Positions 35,785-45,875 are shown, counted from the first letter of the stretch. The stretch: 64,000 bases of DNA from an uncultured bacterium (GCA_963695095.1 CAVOFT010000001.1:1280001-1344000); one strand, 5' to 3'. A program made the numbers and translations. The notes: generated by a model from the letters alone, not told the origin.

Positions 35785-36604
35785 ATGGCACGCCGTGCGC
35801 AACATCTGGCCCATCACTTCGACAGCGCGAAGCAGCAGTTCGAGTCGAGCAAGCTGGGCATGTGGCTCTTCCTGGCCACGGAGATCCTGCTGTTCGGCGG
35901 GCTCTTCTGCGCCTACGCCGTCTACCGGGCCAACCACCCGGAGATCTTCGTCTACGCGCACCACTTCCTGGACAAGACCCTGGGCGGCATCAACACGGTG
36001 GTGCTGATCTGCAGCAGCCTGACGATGGCCTGGGCCGTGCGCGCTGCGCAGCTCGGGCCAGCGGCAGCGCACGGTGACCCTGCTCGCGATCACCCTGCTC
36101 TGCGCCTTCGGCTTCCTCGGCATCAAGGACGTCGAGTACAAGCCGAAGTGGGAGCACGGACTGCTCTGGGGCAAGCACTACCAGCCCGTCCTGCACGATG
36201 CCGACGCGGGCGCCCATGCCGCGCCGGCCCTGCCGGCGGCGCCGCTCAAGGCGGCGGGCGACGGCAGCGACGCCTCGCTGATCGCCCCGGCGGCGCCGGC
36301 GCCGAGCGGCCTCGCTCCCGAGGCGCCGCACGGACGCGGTTTCGCGGCGAGCACCTGCCGCCCGCGGATCTCGCCGCGCCCAAGAACGTGCAGGTCTTCT
36401 TCGCGATCTACTTCGCCATGACGGGGCTGCACGGCATCCACGTCCTGGCGGGCATGATCGCCATCGGCTGGATCCTGCGTCGCGCCCAGCGCGGCGAGTT
36501 CGGGCCGGAGTACTACACGCCCGGTCGACCTGGTGGGCCTCTACTGGCACCTGGTGGACCTGATCTGGATCTACCTCTTCCCGCTGCTCTACCTCATCAG
36601 ATGA
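35785..36604 (+). CDS. coxC: Cytochrome c oxidase subunit III, frameshifted
   Basis: [60 protein letters not shown]. Confidence 0.88.
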
Positions 36605-36635
36605 GCGGCCGGCGGGAACCGGGAGGCTGGAGACG

Positions 36636-37052
36636 ATGAGCCACGCCGATCAGGGCCAGGCCCACGTGCACGTCGTGCCGACGCAGGTGCTCCTGCGCGT
36701 GTGGGCGGCGCTGCTCTTCCTCACCTTCGTGACGGTGGCGGTGACCTGGGTCAAGCTGGGCCCGCTCAGCGTGCCGGTGGCCATCGGCATCGCGACGATC
36801 AAGGCCATCTTGGTGGCCCTCTTCTTCATGCACCTGAAGTACGACCGGCCCTTCAACGCCATCGTCCTCGTGGCCTCGGTCTTCTTCGTGATCCTCTTCC
36901 TGGGGCTCGCGCTCCTGGACACGCTGCACTACCGCGACCAGCTCATCCCCGGCTACGCCCCGGGCATGGCCGTGCCCGCGCCGCCGGAGGCGCCCGGCGC
37001 CGAGCCCGGTGCGGAACCGGCGCCGGACCAGCCCCCCGTCCCCGGCCACTAG
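36636..37052 (+). CDS. Cytochrome c oxidase subunit IV (prokaryotic)
   Basis: Three [18 protein letters not shown]. Confidence 0.85.
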   Translation: MSHADQGQAHVHVVPTQVLLRVWAALLFLTFVTVAVTWVKLGPLSVPVAIGIATIKAILVALFFMHLKYDRPFNAIVLVASVFFVILFLGLALLDTLHYRDQLIPGYAPGMAVPAPPEAPGAEPGAEPAPDQPPVPGH

Positions 37053-37061
37053 CTTGCCGCA

Positions 37062-38129
37062 CTAGGGTGCGAGCAGCGCCGTCGCCGCGGGCTCCTGCGC
37101 ATACCAGGCGAACCAGAAGGCCTCCGCGCTGAGGAGCGGCGCGCCGTCTTGCGCGCGCACGGTGACCACGGGGGGATCGCCCGGCCAGACGCGGAACGCG
37201 AGCGCGCGTTCGCCCAGCGAATCGGTCCAGGCGCCGCTGGGCTCCGCGCGCTCCAGGAGCGGCGTCAGCGGGTAGAGACGCCGGGCGGCGCCCACCCACA
37301 CGGACAGCACAGGTTCCTTCAGGCGAAGCGCCTCTGGCCGATCCGTGGCGGGCAGCCTGCGCACGGGAAACTGCAGACGCTCGGAGCCGAGGTAGCTGGT
37401 GTAGGGCCGCCGCCGGTACTTGCGCGCCAGGCCCGCGGGGTCGGGGGCGAGAACCTGCGTGCCCGGGTGTCGCGCCAGCCAGTCGTCCCAGCGGGTGAGT
37501 TCCAGGGGCAGGCGCTCGAGGCTGTCGCCGCGGGCCGGGCCGGCCAGCGCCCGCCCCGTGAGCTGGCTCCAGAGACTCTCCGCCCCCGGAGCCGGCGCCG
37601 CTGCGCCGCGGCCCGCGCGATCATAGAGCAGGAGGTTCGAGGCGTAGAAGAGCCCGCTCACGCCGAACTCCCGCTCGCCGGGATCGTAGGCGCAGGCCGC
37701 TCCGCAGAGCGGATTCCAGGTCACGAGGACGGGCCCTCCGCCCAGGGTGTCGTTGACGAGCTCGTGCCAATCGAGGATGGCCAGCGGGTAGGCGACGGCC
37801 TTCCCCTGCCGGGCAATCCCGATCACGCGGTCGCCGCCGAGCAGGAAGGGCGAGCGGCCCAGGGCATTCAGCGAATCGAGGCCGGCCGCGTCCAGGCGGG
37901 GCGGCCGATCGAGCGATGCGAGACCCTCCCGCGGCACGCCGGCGGGTGTGATGTCGGCCAGGTCCACGGCGAGCGCGCCGAGGTCGAAGCCGTAGCTCGC
38001 CAGGTCCTTGCCGTCCCCGCGCTGCTCGCTTTCGAAGGTCTGCCGGTTCCGGAGCTGCCAGCCGAGGGCCAGCGCGCCGAGCAGGAAGGCCGTCGCGAAA
38101 AGGAAGGAGCGGCGGCGGTCCGGGAGCAT
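37062..38129 (-). CDS. DUF3179-family protein
   Basis: AYPLAILDWHELVND, VTWNPLCG, FGVSGLFYASNLLLYDR, SLWSQLTG, FWFAW; N-terminal anchor. Confidence 0.8.
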   Translation of the reverse strand: MLPDRRRSFLFATAFLLGALALGWQLRNRQTFESEQRGDGKDLASYGFDLGALAVDLADITPAGVPREGLASLDRPPRLDAAGLDSLNALGRSPFLLGGDRVIGIARQGKAVAYPLAILDWHELVNDTLGGGPVLVTWNPLCGAACAYDPGEREFGVSGLFYASNLLLYDRAGRGAAAPAPGAESLWSQLTGRALAGPARGDSLERLPLELTRWDDWLARHPGTQVLAPDPAGLARKYRRRPYTSYLGSERLQFPVRRLPATDRPEALRLKEPVLSVWVGAARRLYPLTPLLERAEPSGAWTDSLGERALAFRVWPGDPPVVTVRAQDGAPLLSAEAFWFAWYAQEPAATALLAP

Positions 38130-39083
38130 CAGCGCCAGCGCAGGTGGGCGAGGCCGGTCGCCTCCGCGCGCGAGGCGTGGCCGGCGACGCCGCGCCGCGG
38201 GGTGGCGTCAGCTAGCAGGAGGATCAGGACCAGGGGCAGCACCAGCACGCTGGCGAAGAAGAGGCGCCGGGCGCTGGCGCGATCCAGGCGGCGCCAGAGC
38301 TGCAGGCTGGCCGCCACGAGGCAGAGTCCGAGCAGGGCCACGCCGGCGGCGGCGCCGGGTCCGACGAGACCGGCGAGCGCAAAGGCCGCGCCCAGGGGCA
38401 GCAGCGCCAGGCTGTAGAGGGTGCTGAGGGCGCCCGTGAACTGGCCGCTGGGGTCCAGGGCCGGCAGCATGCGGAAGCCGCCGCGGGCGTAGTCCTCGCG
38501 ATAGAGCCAGGCCAGCGCGAGGAAGTGCGGTACCTGCCACAGGAAGAGCAGCAGGCCGAAGAGCCAGGCGCCGGCCTCCAGGCGACCGCTGGCCGCCGTC
38601 CAGCCCAGCATCGGCGGGCAGGGCGCCGCAGACGGCTCCGACCAGGGTGTTCAGGCTGCTGCGTGGCTTCAGCGGGGTGTAGACGTACACGTAGAGCGCG
38701 ACCGTGAGCAAGGCCAATCCCGCCGTCAGGGCGTTGGTGCCGGCCAGCAGCACGGCCTCACCGAGCGCCAGCATCGCCGCGGCGGCGAAGAGCGCTTCGC
38801 CGACCCCCAGGCGCCGGCTGGGCAGAGGGCGCTCCCGGGTGCGATCCATGCGGGCGTCGCGTTCGCGCTCCCAGACCTGATTGAAAGCCGCGGCGCTGAG
38901 GGCGCACAGAAAGGTGCCAATCAAGGTCGCGGCCAGTTCGCCGGGAGCGAAGGGCCCGCGGCGTGCGAGCAGGTAGGCGGCGGCCGTGGTGGCGAGGACC
39001 ATGCCGCTCAGGCGCAGCTTCGTCAGCACGGTGTAGAGTCCCAGGCGCTGGCTGAACGTGAGCGGGAGGGCGGTGGGCGGCAC
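38129..39083 (-). CDS. ctaB: Protoheme IX farnesyltransferase (heme o synthase), frameshift near 38615
   Basis: LTKLRL, NQVWERERDARMDRTRERPLPS, YTPLK, GAVCGALP, LWQVPHFLALAW...DYARGG. Confidence 0.9.
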
Positions 39084-39291
39084 GCAGCAGCCTCGCGGAA
39101 ATGGGTTTGGCAGGGATGGGCACGCCAGCGTAGGATGCCCGCTGTCGGTGCCGCGCTCGTGCGCAGTCAAGGTAGCAAGCTCCCCGCAGGTGGGGAAGCG
39201 GAAAGCGCCGGTCACCGGGGTTCAGGGAGTTGACGGCCCTCTCCGCCGGGATCGCGAGCCCGCGCCGGGCCGAGGCCGCCGAGGGAGCAGC

Positions 39292-40638
39292 ATGACCGCA
39301 AGCGCCGCCGCCAGCCGCGCCGAAGGGCGGGCCGAGATCCTGGCCCTGGGCTTCGGCATCAGCACGGCGATGTGGGCCCTGGCCTATGCGAGCCGCCTCG
39401 CCGCGCCCCTGGTGCCCCCCTGGCTGCTCTTCGCCCTGCTGCTCCTCTGCCTCGGCCTCGGCGGCTGGCTGGGCGCTCGGGCCAGCGGTCGCGGCCCGCG
39501 GCTCGGGGCCTCGGCCGGCGGCCTCGCCTCGCTGCTCAACCTGCTCATCCTCGGCAGCGTGATCGGGGGGGACGTGCCCGGCGCCCTGCGCCAGGGCGCC
39601 ATGCTCTGGGTGCCGGCCTCGCTGCTGCTGGGCATTCTGCTCGCGGGCGGTGGCGCCTGGCTCGGCGCGCGGGGCGTCGCCCGGCCCCCGCGGCGCGATG
39701 CCGGTCTCGGCGCCGATGCCGCCTTCGCGGGCGTCGCCGCCGCCGCCACGCTGCTGCTGCTGGCCGCCGGCGGCCTGGTCACCAGCAAGGAAGCGGGCCT
39801 GGCCGTGGTCGACTGGCCCAACAGCTACGGCTTCAACATGTTCCTCTATCCGCTGACCCGGATGACGGGCGGCATCTTCTACGAGCACGCGCATCGCTTG
39901 CTCGGTTCGCTGGTGGGCCTCTGCACGCTGGCCCTCGCGCTGCACCTGCAATTCGGCCCGCCGCGCCGGGCGGTCAGGGCGCTCGGCTGGGCGGTCTTCG
40001 CCGCCGTGCTGCTGCAGGGCCTGCTCGGCGGCCTGCGCGTGACCGGCCGCTTCACGCTGAGCCAGTCGCCGGCGGACATGTCGCCCAGCACCCTGCTCGC
40101 CGTGCTGCACGCGGTACTCGGCCAGCTCTGCTTCGCCCTGCTGCTCGGCCTGCTGGCGCTGGCCAGCCGCCGCTGGGCCTCGTCGCCGGCCCCGGCGCCG
40201 CGGGCCAGCGCGCTCAGCGACCGCCAGCTCGGCCCGCTGCTCCTGACAGCGCTGCTCCTGCAACTCGTCCTGGGCGCTCTGCTGCGCCATTTCGCCTGGG
40301 GGATGGTCTGGCATGTCAGCTTCGCCATGCTGGTGGCCCTGCTCGCCGCGACCGTCGGCGCGCGCCACTGGGGACTCTACGGCGATCTGCCCTGGCTGCG
40401 TCCGCTGGGGCGCGCCCTCACCCTTCTCATCGGCCTGCAGCTCCTGCTCGGCACGGGGGCGCTGATCGCCGTCAACGCGACGCCGGCGGCGGGGGACATC
40501 CCCTGGTGGGAAGCGCTGCTGGCCACGCTGCACCAGCTCACGGGGGCGCTGATCCTCGGCGTCGCCCTCTTGATCGCGCTCTGGGACCGGCGGCTGCTGG
40601 CGCCGCTGCCGGTGGAGGCGCCGGGCCCCGCCGCCTAG
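39292..40638 (+). CDS. ctaA: Heme A synthase (COX15/CtaA family) with N-terminal membrane extension
   Basis: GGLVTSKEAGLAVVDWP, YEHAHRLLG, QGLLGGLRV, VLHAVLGQ, LGALLRH, TLHQLTG. Confidence 0.82.
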   Translation: MTASAAASRAEGRAEILALGFGISTAMWALAYASRLAAPLVPPWLLFALLLLCLGLGGWLGARASGRGPRLGASAGGLASLLNLLILGSVIGGDVPGALRQGAMLWVPASLLLGILLAGGGAWLGARGVARPPRRDAGLGADAAFAGVAAAATLLLLAAGGLVTSKEAGLAVVDWPNSYGFNMFLYPLTRMTGGIFYEHAHRLLGSLVGLCTLALALHLQFGPPRRAVRALGWAVFAAVLLQGLLGGLRVTGRFTLSQSPADMSPSTLLAVLHAVLGQLCFALLLGLLALASRRWASSPAPAPRASALSDRQLGPLLLTALLLQLVLGALLRHFAWGMVWHVSFAMLVALLAATVGARHWGLYGDLPWLRPLGRALTLLIGLQLLLGTGALIAVNATPAAGDIPWWEALLATLHQLTGALILGVALLIALWDRRLLAPLPVEAPGPAA

Positions 40639-41354
40639 CCCTCGCCGCCTGCCATCGCGCGGGCGGCGCCGGCCTCGATGCGGGAGAGGTCGATGGCCAG
40701 GCGCCTGGGCTCCGCCTCGCCGAAGAGGAAGCGGGTCTCGGGGCAGCCCATGCCGCGGGCGATGGAGCCGAGCGTGGCCTCGGCGCTCTTCTGGACCTCG
40801 GCGCGCATCGTCTTCACGAGCTGGGCGGCCAGGCCCTCGGCCTCCGCGCGCGCGGCGCGGATCAGCTGGTTCTTCTCCTTCTCGGAGAACTTGCCGCCGA
40901 AGACGCGGCCGATCCAGTCCGGCAGGACGAGCGGCGCCAGGGCGGCGCCGCGCTCGTCGTAGAGCCACATGTCCTTCATCTGGATCTCGTAGATGAGCGG
41001 GGGCAGCGTGAAGGCGAGGCCGCGGCCGGCGGCGAAGGGCTGGGCGGTGAAGGCCGGATCGCGCAGGTCGTAACGGAAGTCGACGACGAACTCGAAGACC
41101 ATCGCCGTCTGCTTGGAGCTGAGCAGCCAGGCCAGCCACTTCTCGCCCCAGTCGCCGAGCAGATGGTCGCGGCTGGTGACGATCTGCTTGGTGAGCACCT
41201 TGAGCACGACCAGCTCGCCCACGCTGCGGAAGGCCTCCACCGAGCTGCTCACGGTCAGGCGTGGGCCAGACTGGCCCCGGCGGCGGCGCAGGAGGGCCAT
41301 GGCGAGCAGGGCCAGCAGCACGCCGACCACGAGTCCAAAGAGCAGCCTGTCCAT
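40635..41354 (-). CDS. Single-TM hypothetical protein, DUF4230-like
   Basis: GGAGG SD; N-terminal TM; SVGELVVL, VDFRYDL, FTLPP pattern. Confidence 0.55.
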   Translation of the reverse strand: MDRLLFGLVVGVLLALLAMALLRRRRGQSGPRLTVSSSVEAFRSVGELVVLKVLTKQIVTSRDHLLGDWGEKWLAWLLSSKQTAMVFEFVVDFRYDLRDPAFTAQPFAAGRGLAFTLPPLIYEIQMKDMWLYDERGAALAPLVLPDWIGRVFGGKFSEKEKNQLIRAARAEAEGLAAQLVKTMRAEVQKSAEATLGSIARGMGCPETRFLFGEAEPRRLAIDLSRIEAGAARAMAGGEG

Positions 41355-41480
41355 GAATCCTCCCGGAACGAGGGCGATGGGGACAGTCTAGGCGGCGCCG
41401 GTGGCGGCGTCCAGTCTCACCGTAGTGCTGGCGCCTAGAGCGAGTCGCCGCTATGCTTCCCCGCTTGAGGAGGATGATCG

Positions 41481-41873
41481 ATGCATCGGCTCGACACGCT
41501 GGACTCTTTGCGGATCCCTGCTCGCGTAGCGGGCCTGGCCCTGGTAGCGCTGGCCGCGCTGAGCGCCTGCAGCGACGACAGCGGCGATCAGACCTTGCCC
41601 GAAGTGGAGATCACCGAGCCGATCAACGGGATCATGGTGAGCGGCCAGGTTCGGATCGAGGCGAGCGCCAGCGACGCCGGAGGCCTGCTGCGCGTGCTCT
41701 TCGCCGTGGACGGCGACGAACTCGGAGAGGACGACACGCCGCCCTATAGCTGGGACTGGGACAGCACGCCCTATGGCGACGGCGGCAATCATCGCCTGCT
41801 TGCCGCCGCTGAGGACCGGGCGGGGAACATCGCCTACTCGGAGTACGTGGTGGTGCGGGTAGTGGCCCCCTGA
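41481..41873 (+). CDS. Lipoprotein with bacterial Ig-like domain
   Basis: GAGGAGG SD; lipobox LSAC; PEVEITEP...VSGQVRIEASASD...FAVDG...PYSWDWD. Confidence 0.75.
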   Translation: MHRLDTLDSLRIPARVAGLALVALAALSACSDDSGDQTLPEVEITEPINGIMVSGQVRIEASASDAGGLLRVLFAVDGDELGEDDTPPYSWDWDSTPYGDGGNHRLLAAAEDRAGNIAYSEYVVVRVVAP

Positions 41874-41956
41874 GGGGGGCTCCTCGCTGGGCGAGCAGGG
41901 CGCCAAGGCGGCGTCTCGCGCGCGCAGCAAGGTCAAGCCAATCAAGGAGGATTACC

Positions 41957-42067
41957 GTGGGCGACAAGGGCAAGAAGGACAAGGAAAAGAGCGACAGGCA
42001 GAAGCAGATCAAGAACGTTCACGACGATAAGGCGAAGCAGGACAAGCAGCCCAAGCGGCCGGGCTGA
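41957..42067 (+). CDS. 36-aa Lys/Asp-rich microprotein (absent from the ORF track)
   Basis: AAGGAGG SD 6 nt before GTG; MGDKGKKDKEKSDRQKQIKNVHDDKAKQDKQPKRPG*. Confidence 0.7.
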   Translation: MGDKGKKDKEKSDRQKQIKNVHDDKAKQDKQPKRPG

Positions 42068-42108
42068 ACGGGAGGCGAGGTCGCTCGGACCGCTTGCTTG
42101 AGGGGCGA

Positions 42109-43020
42109 CTACATGAACTCGAAGCTGTAGACGCCGCCCACGATCGTCAGCGCGCTCGGTGCGCTCAGGCCCGGGATCGTGCCGCTGAAGCTGCCGCTCA
42201 TGCCCTCGTCGGTGAAGCTCTCGATGGTCCAGCTGCCGATGTCCCCGCCCGCCGTGGCTGCCCAGGAATTGCCCGTGGCGGTGTGGACCACCGTGAAGCT
42301 CATCTGCGAGGGGATGCCGTAGCTGTTCCCGGCCGCGACGGGCTGCTTCGGCGAGGCCGTGATCGTGTACTCTGTGTTGCTCGCCGAGAAGCTGAAGGAT
42401 GTGGCGCTGGGCTGGGTCGCCACGATGGTGGCCGCATTCCAGTCCGCGCCGCCGAGCTCGGCGCTCATCGTGCTGCCCTGCAGCGTGGGCAGTGGCGGCA
42501 GGCCGGCGCTCACCGTGATGTCGAAGGCGCCCTCGGTCACCGTGCGCTGGGGCGGCGTCGCGCCGATCAGGGCATCACCGGTGAACTCGAAGCTGCCGGC
42601 GATGCGCGTCGCCGTGCGGGCGGTGATCTCCACGCTGCCGGCCGCACCGCTCAGCGGCGTGAGCCAGGAGCTCCCCGCGACCACGGCGGTGCCCGTGCCG
42701 CCCGGTGTGCTCAGCATGTTGACCCCGAGCGGATAGGTGCCGGGCCCGCTCACGAAGGCGAGGATGAGCTGCACGCTGCGCCCCGTGTTGAGGTCGATGC
42801 CGCTGATGATGAGCTGGCCGGGGCCGGGGTTGCTGGGGTTGCCGGTGACCTGGATGGTGCTCGCGCTGCTCGACCAGGCCGTTCCGTCGATGCGCGCCGT
42901 GAAGCCGGTGCCGCCGCCGTTGTTGTTGCTCCCTGGACCTGCCGGCCCCCCGCCATCACTGCTGCATCCCAGACCGATCATCCCAGAGACGAGCAAGGCG
43001 CTGAGGATCCTGCGTTGCAT
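42109..43020 (-). CDS. Ser/Thr/Gly-rich lipoprotein with two related beta domains (DUF6252-like)
   Basis: AGGAG SD; lipobox GLGC; domain starts FTARIDGTAW and MSAELGGADW; domain ends VTEGAFDI and IVGGVYSF. Confidence 0.65.
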   Translation of the reverse strand: MQRRILSALLVSGMIGLGCSSDGGGPAGPGSNNNGGGTGFTARIDGTAWSSSASTIQVTGNPSNPGPGQLIISGIDLNTGRSVQLILAFVSGPGTYPLGVNMLSTPGGTGTAVVAGSSWLTPLSGAAGSVEITARTATRIAGSFEFTGDALIGATPPQRTVTEGAFDITVSAGLPPLPTLQGSTMSAELGGADWNAATIVATQPSATSFSFSASNTEYTITASPKQPVAAGNSYGIPSQMSFTVVHTATGNSWAATAGGDIGSWTIESFTDEGMSGSFSGTIPGLSAPSALTIVGGVYSFEFM

Positions 43021-43273
43021 GTCGTCTCTCCTGGTTGTGGTGCCGCCCGCAGCGCGGGCAGAAACTCCGAGCCTAGCGACTGCCCGAAACCGTCGCCAGC
43101 CGGAAGGCACTGCTTTGCAGAAATACTATCAGTGCGTCGCCAAGCGGGCCCGGAACTCCGAATGCGCGGGCTTGTCGCAGCGGCTTGCCTGCGGCCCCTT
43201 GGACAGCTAGCATTGCCGTTCACGGCGCCGCTGGGCGACGCCGTCCGAGCCGCGGCCAGGCGCCGCAGGAGGG

Positions 43274-44026
43274 ATGCGCATGGAGAACAGGGTGGCGGTG
43301 ATCACCGGCGCGAGCAGCGGCATCGGCGCCGCCCTCGCCGAGCTGCTGGCCACGCGGGGGGATGCCGTCGTGCTGGTGGCGCGGCGCGCCGAGATCCTTG
43401 CGGCCGTTGCGGCGCGTTGCGGCGAGGGCGCGCTGACCGTCATTGCGGACGTCACCCATCGCGCGGACGTGGAGCGCGCGGCGGCCTCTGCGCTCGCGCG
43501 CTTCGGGCGCATCGACGTGTGGGTGAACAACGCCGGGCAGGGGATCACGCGCCCGCCATCCGCGCTCACGGACGAGGACATGGACCGGATGATGCGCGCC
43601 AACGTGCACTCGGCGCTCTACGGCATGCAGGCCGTGCTGCCGCACTTCCGCTCGCGCGGGGAGGGCCACGTGATCAACGTGTCCTCGATGCTCGGCCGCG
43701 TGCCCTTCGCAACGGTGCGCTCGGCCTACTGCGGGGCCAAGCACTTCCTCAACGCGCTCACGATCGCGATGCGCGCGGAAGTGCAAGCGGCCCACCCGGG
43801 CATCCAGTTCAGCCTGGTCTCACCGGGCGTGGTCTACACGGACTTCGGCCTCAATGCCCTGCACGGCGGACCGGACTCGCGGCAGTTCCCCGAGGGGCAG
43901 AGCGCCGCCGAGGTGGCCGCCGTGATCGCCGGGGTCATCGACTCGCGGCGCCCGGACGTCTACACCCGGGCCGGCGCGCGGCAGCGAGTGCTCGACTACT
44001 ACGCCACGATCGGGGAGGACCCATGA
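43274..44026 (+). CDS. Short-chain dehydrogenase/reductase
   Basis: ITGASSGIG, VNNAG, NVSS, YCGAK. Confidence 0.9.
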   Translation: MRMENRVAVITGASSGIGAALAELLATRGDAVVLVARRAEILAAVAARCGEGALTVIADVTHRADVERAAASALARFGRIDVWVNNAGQGITRPPSALTDEDMDRMMRANVHSALYGMQAVLPHFRSRGEGHVINVSSMLGRVPFATVRSAYCGAKHFLNALTIAMRAEVQAAHPGIQFSLVSPGVVYTDFGLNALHGGPDSRQFPEGQSAAEVAAVIAGVIDSRRPDVYTRAGARQRVLDYYATIGEDP

Positions 44027-44520
44027 CGATGCGATCCCGCCTGGCGGCTGGCGCCGCCGCCTTCACCCTCACGCTGGGAGCAGCCCGCATGGCTCCTGCC
44101 GCCGATTGCCACGCGCTCAAGCATCTCACCTGGCTGCTGGGGAGCTGGCGCGCCGAGGCGGGCACGCGCGTGATCAGCGAACACTGGGCCGCCGTGTCCA
44201 CGGAGACCTGGGAGGGTTTCGGCGAGACGCGGGCGGCCGCCCCCGGGGGCGAAGCCGCCGGCGCGGTGGTGGAGAGCGAGTCGCTGCGCCTCGTCGAGAT
44301 GGCGGGCGAGGTGTTCTACATCGCCAAGGTGGCGCACAACCTGCTGCCCGCTGCCTTTCGGCTGGGCGAGTGCGGGGAGGGCTACGCGGTCTTCGAGAAT
44401 CCGGACCACGATTTTCCGCGCCGGATCGCCTATCGCCTGGACGGGGGCAGGCTGATCGTCGAGGTCAGCGACGGTGAAGTGGGCGGCAAGGGCTTCACGC
44501 TGAACTTCACGCGCAACTGA
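44023..44520 (+). CDS. Exported DUF6265-like protein
   Basis: Signal peptide; WLLGSW, EHW, FENPDHDFPRRIAY. Confidence 0.7.
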   Translation: MTMRSRLAAGAAAFTLTLGAARMAPAADCHALKHLTWLLGSWRAEAGTRVISEHWAAVSTETWEGFGETRAAAPGGEAAGAVVESESLRLVEMAGEVFYIAKVAHNLLPAAFRLGECGEGYAVFENPDHDFPRRIAYRLDGGRLIVEVSDGEVGGKGFTLNFTRN

Positions 44521-44528
44521 GTCGTCTG

Positions 44529-45062
44529 CTAGCGGCCGCAGCGCTCGGCGTAGAAGGTCTCCACGCGCTCGCGCGTGGGGAAGCTGAGCGCCGCGTAGGC
44601 CAGGAAGGCCCCGGCGCTCAGCGCGTTGAGCCAGTAGAGCGGCTGCTCGCGCAGGGCGCCGCCGCGGGCGGCGAGCAGGCAGGTGACGAGGCCGAAGAGG
44701 GCCGGCCCTTCGAGCAGGGCGAGGCGCAGGAGGCCGGCGCTGCGAATGGCGGCCAGGGCAGCTGCAGCCTCGCTGGCGCCGCTCTCGGGGCGCGCTCGGG
44801 CGAGCAGAGCGGTCTGCAGCATGGGCGCCAGGCTCCAGATGCCGATGGCCATGGCCCCGTGGACGAGGCTGAGCAGGGTGAGCGTAGCCGGCGGCGTGGC
44901 AAGCGCGGCGGCCTGCGGCCGGATGGCGAGCAGCACGACGACAAGGCTGAACAAGAGCACGCCCGCCATCAGCGCGGCCTGGATGGCCTGCATGGCGCGC
45001 AGCTCGTTCGGGCCGAGGGCCTGCCGGAAGGCCTGCTTGCGCGTCGGGTCGCCAGCGTTCAT
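44529..45062 (-). CDS. Hypothetical membrane protein (about 4 TM)
   Basis: AGGAGG SD; hydrophobic segments; LALLEGPALFG...FPTRERV. Confidence 0.65.
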   Translation of the reverse strand: MNAGDPTRKQAFRQALGPNELRAMQAIQAALMAGVLLFSLVVVLLAIRPQAAALATPPATLTLLSLVHGAMAIGIWSLAPMLQTALLARARPESGASEAAAALAAIRSAGLLRLALLEGPALFGLVTCLLAARGGALREQPLYWLNALSAGAFLAYAALSFPTRERVETFYAERCGR

Positions 45063-45173
45063 GCTGACCTCCTGGAGCGAGCGCACCCAGGCTAGCCGCC
45101 GCTGCGGCGGGTGGCAATGGAATCCTCATCCCGCCCCGGTTCCTGCCGCCGCGCTCGAGACCTGGAGCACCGG

Positions 45174-45875
45174 ATGGATTGGGATCCCTACCTCTACCAG
45201 CGCTTCGCTACGATGCGAATCCAACCGGGATTGGACCTGCTATCCCGGGTGCCGCTCGCGGATGCACGGCGCATCGTCGATCTGGGATGCGGCCCCGGGG
45301 ATCTGACCGCCAAGCTCGCCAGCAAGTGGCCTGCAGCGGCGGTGCTCGGGGTGGATAGCTCCGAGTCCATGCTTTGCCGAGCAACGCTGCCGCAATGGGG
45401 ACCTTACCTGGTGCAACTTGAAGGCGGCGAGCTGGCACTCGCTCAGAACGAAGGCGCACGGGTGATGTGGCAGCGAGCTGACATCGCCGAGTGGGAGCCG
45501 GCGCCGGGGGAGGCGCCGGACCTGATCTACTCGAACGCCGCTCTCCACTGGCTGCCCGACCACGAGGCGCTCTTTCCGCGTCTGCTCGGCCTGCTCGCCC
45601 CCGGAGGTCGCCTGGCCGTGCAGATGCCGCAGAGCTGGGGTCTGCCATCGCATCGGCTCATGCGGGAGACCCTGGCCGAGGGCGGCGTGGGCGGCGCGCC
45701 GCTCGGGACTCCCGAGCTGCGCGCGCGGATGGCGCGGCGGCCCGTGGCCGAGGCCGTCCACTATCGCGCGCTGCTCGCCCCGCACTGCGAGCGCCTGCGC
45801 GTGGCCTACCCTGCCGGGGCCGACGGCCGCGTGCCCTACCCCTTCGAGCGGCTCTTCATCGTCGCCAACGTCTAG
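45174..45875 (+). CDS. Trans-aconitate 2-methyltransferase-like SAM methyltransferase, apparently internally deleted
   Basis: WDPYLYQRF...PGLDLL, VDLGCGPG, SNAALHWLPDH, LAVQMP, YPFERLFIVA. Confidence 0.7.
   Translation: MDWDPYLYQRFATMRIQPGLDLLSRVPLADARRIVDLGCGPGDLTAKLASKWPAAAVLGVDSSESMLCRATLPQWGPYLVQLEGGELALAQNEGARVMWQRADIAEWEPAPGEAPDLIYSNAALHWLPDHEALFPRLLGLLAPGGRLAVQMPQSWGLPSHRLMRETLAEGGVGGAPLGTPELRARMARRPVAEAVHYRALLAPHCERLRVAYPAGADGRVPYPFERLFIVANV

Noticed and set aside
43105..43120. Possible sigma54 promoter AGGCAC-TGCT-TTGCA
   Set aside because: GG to GC spacing is 9 nt rather than the required 10
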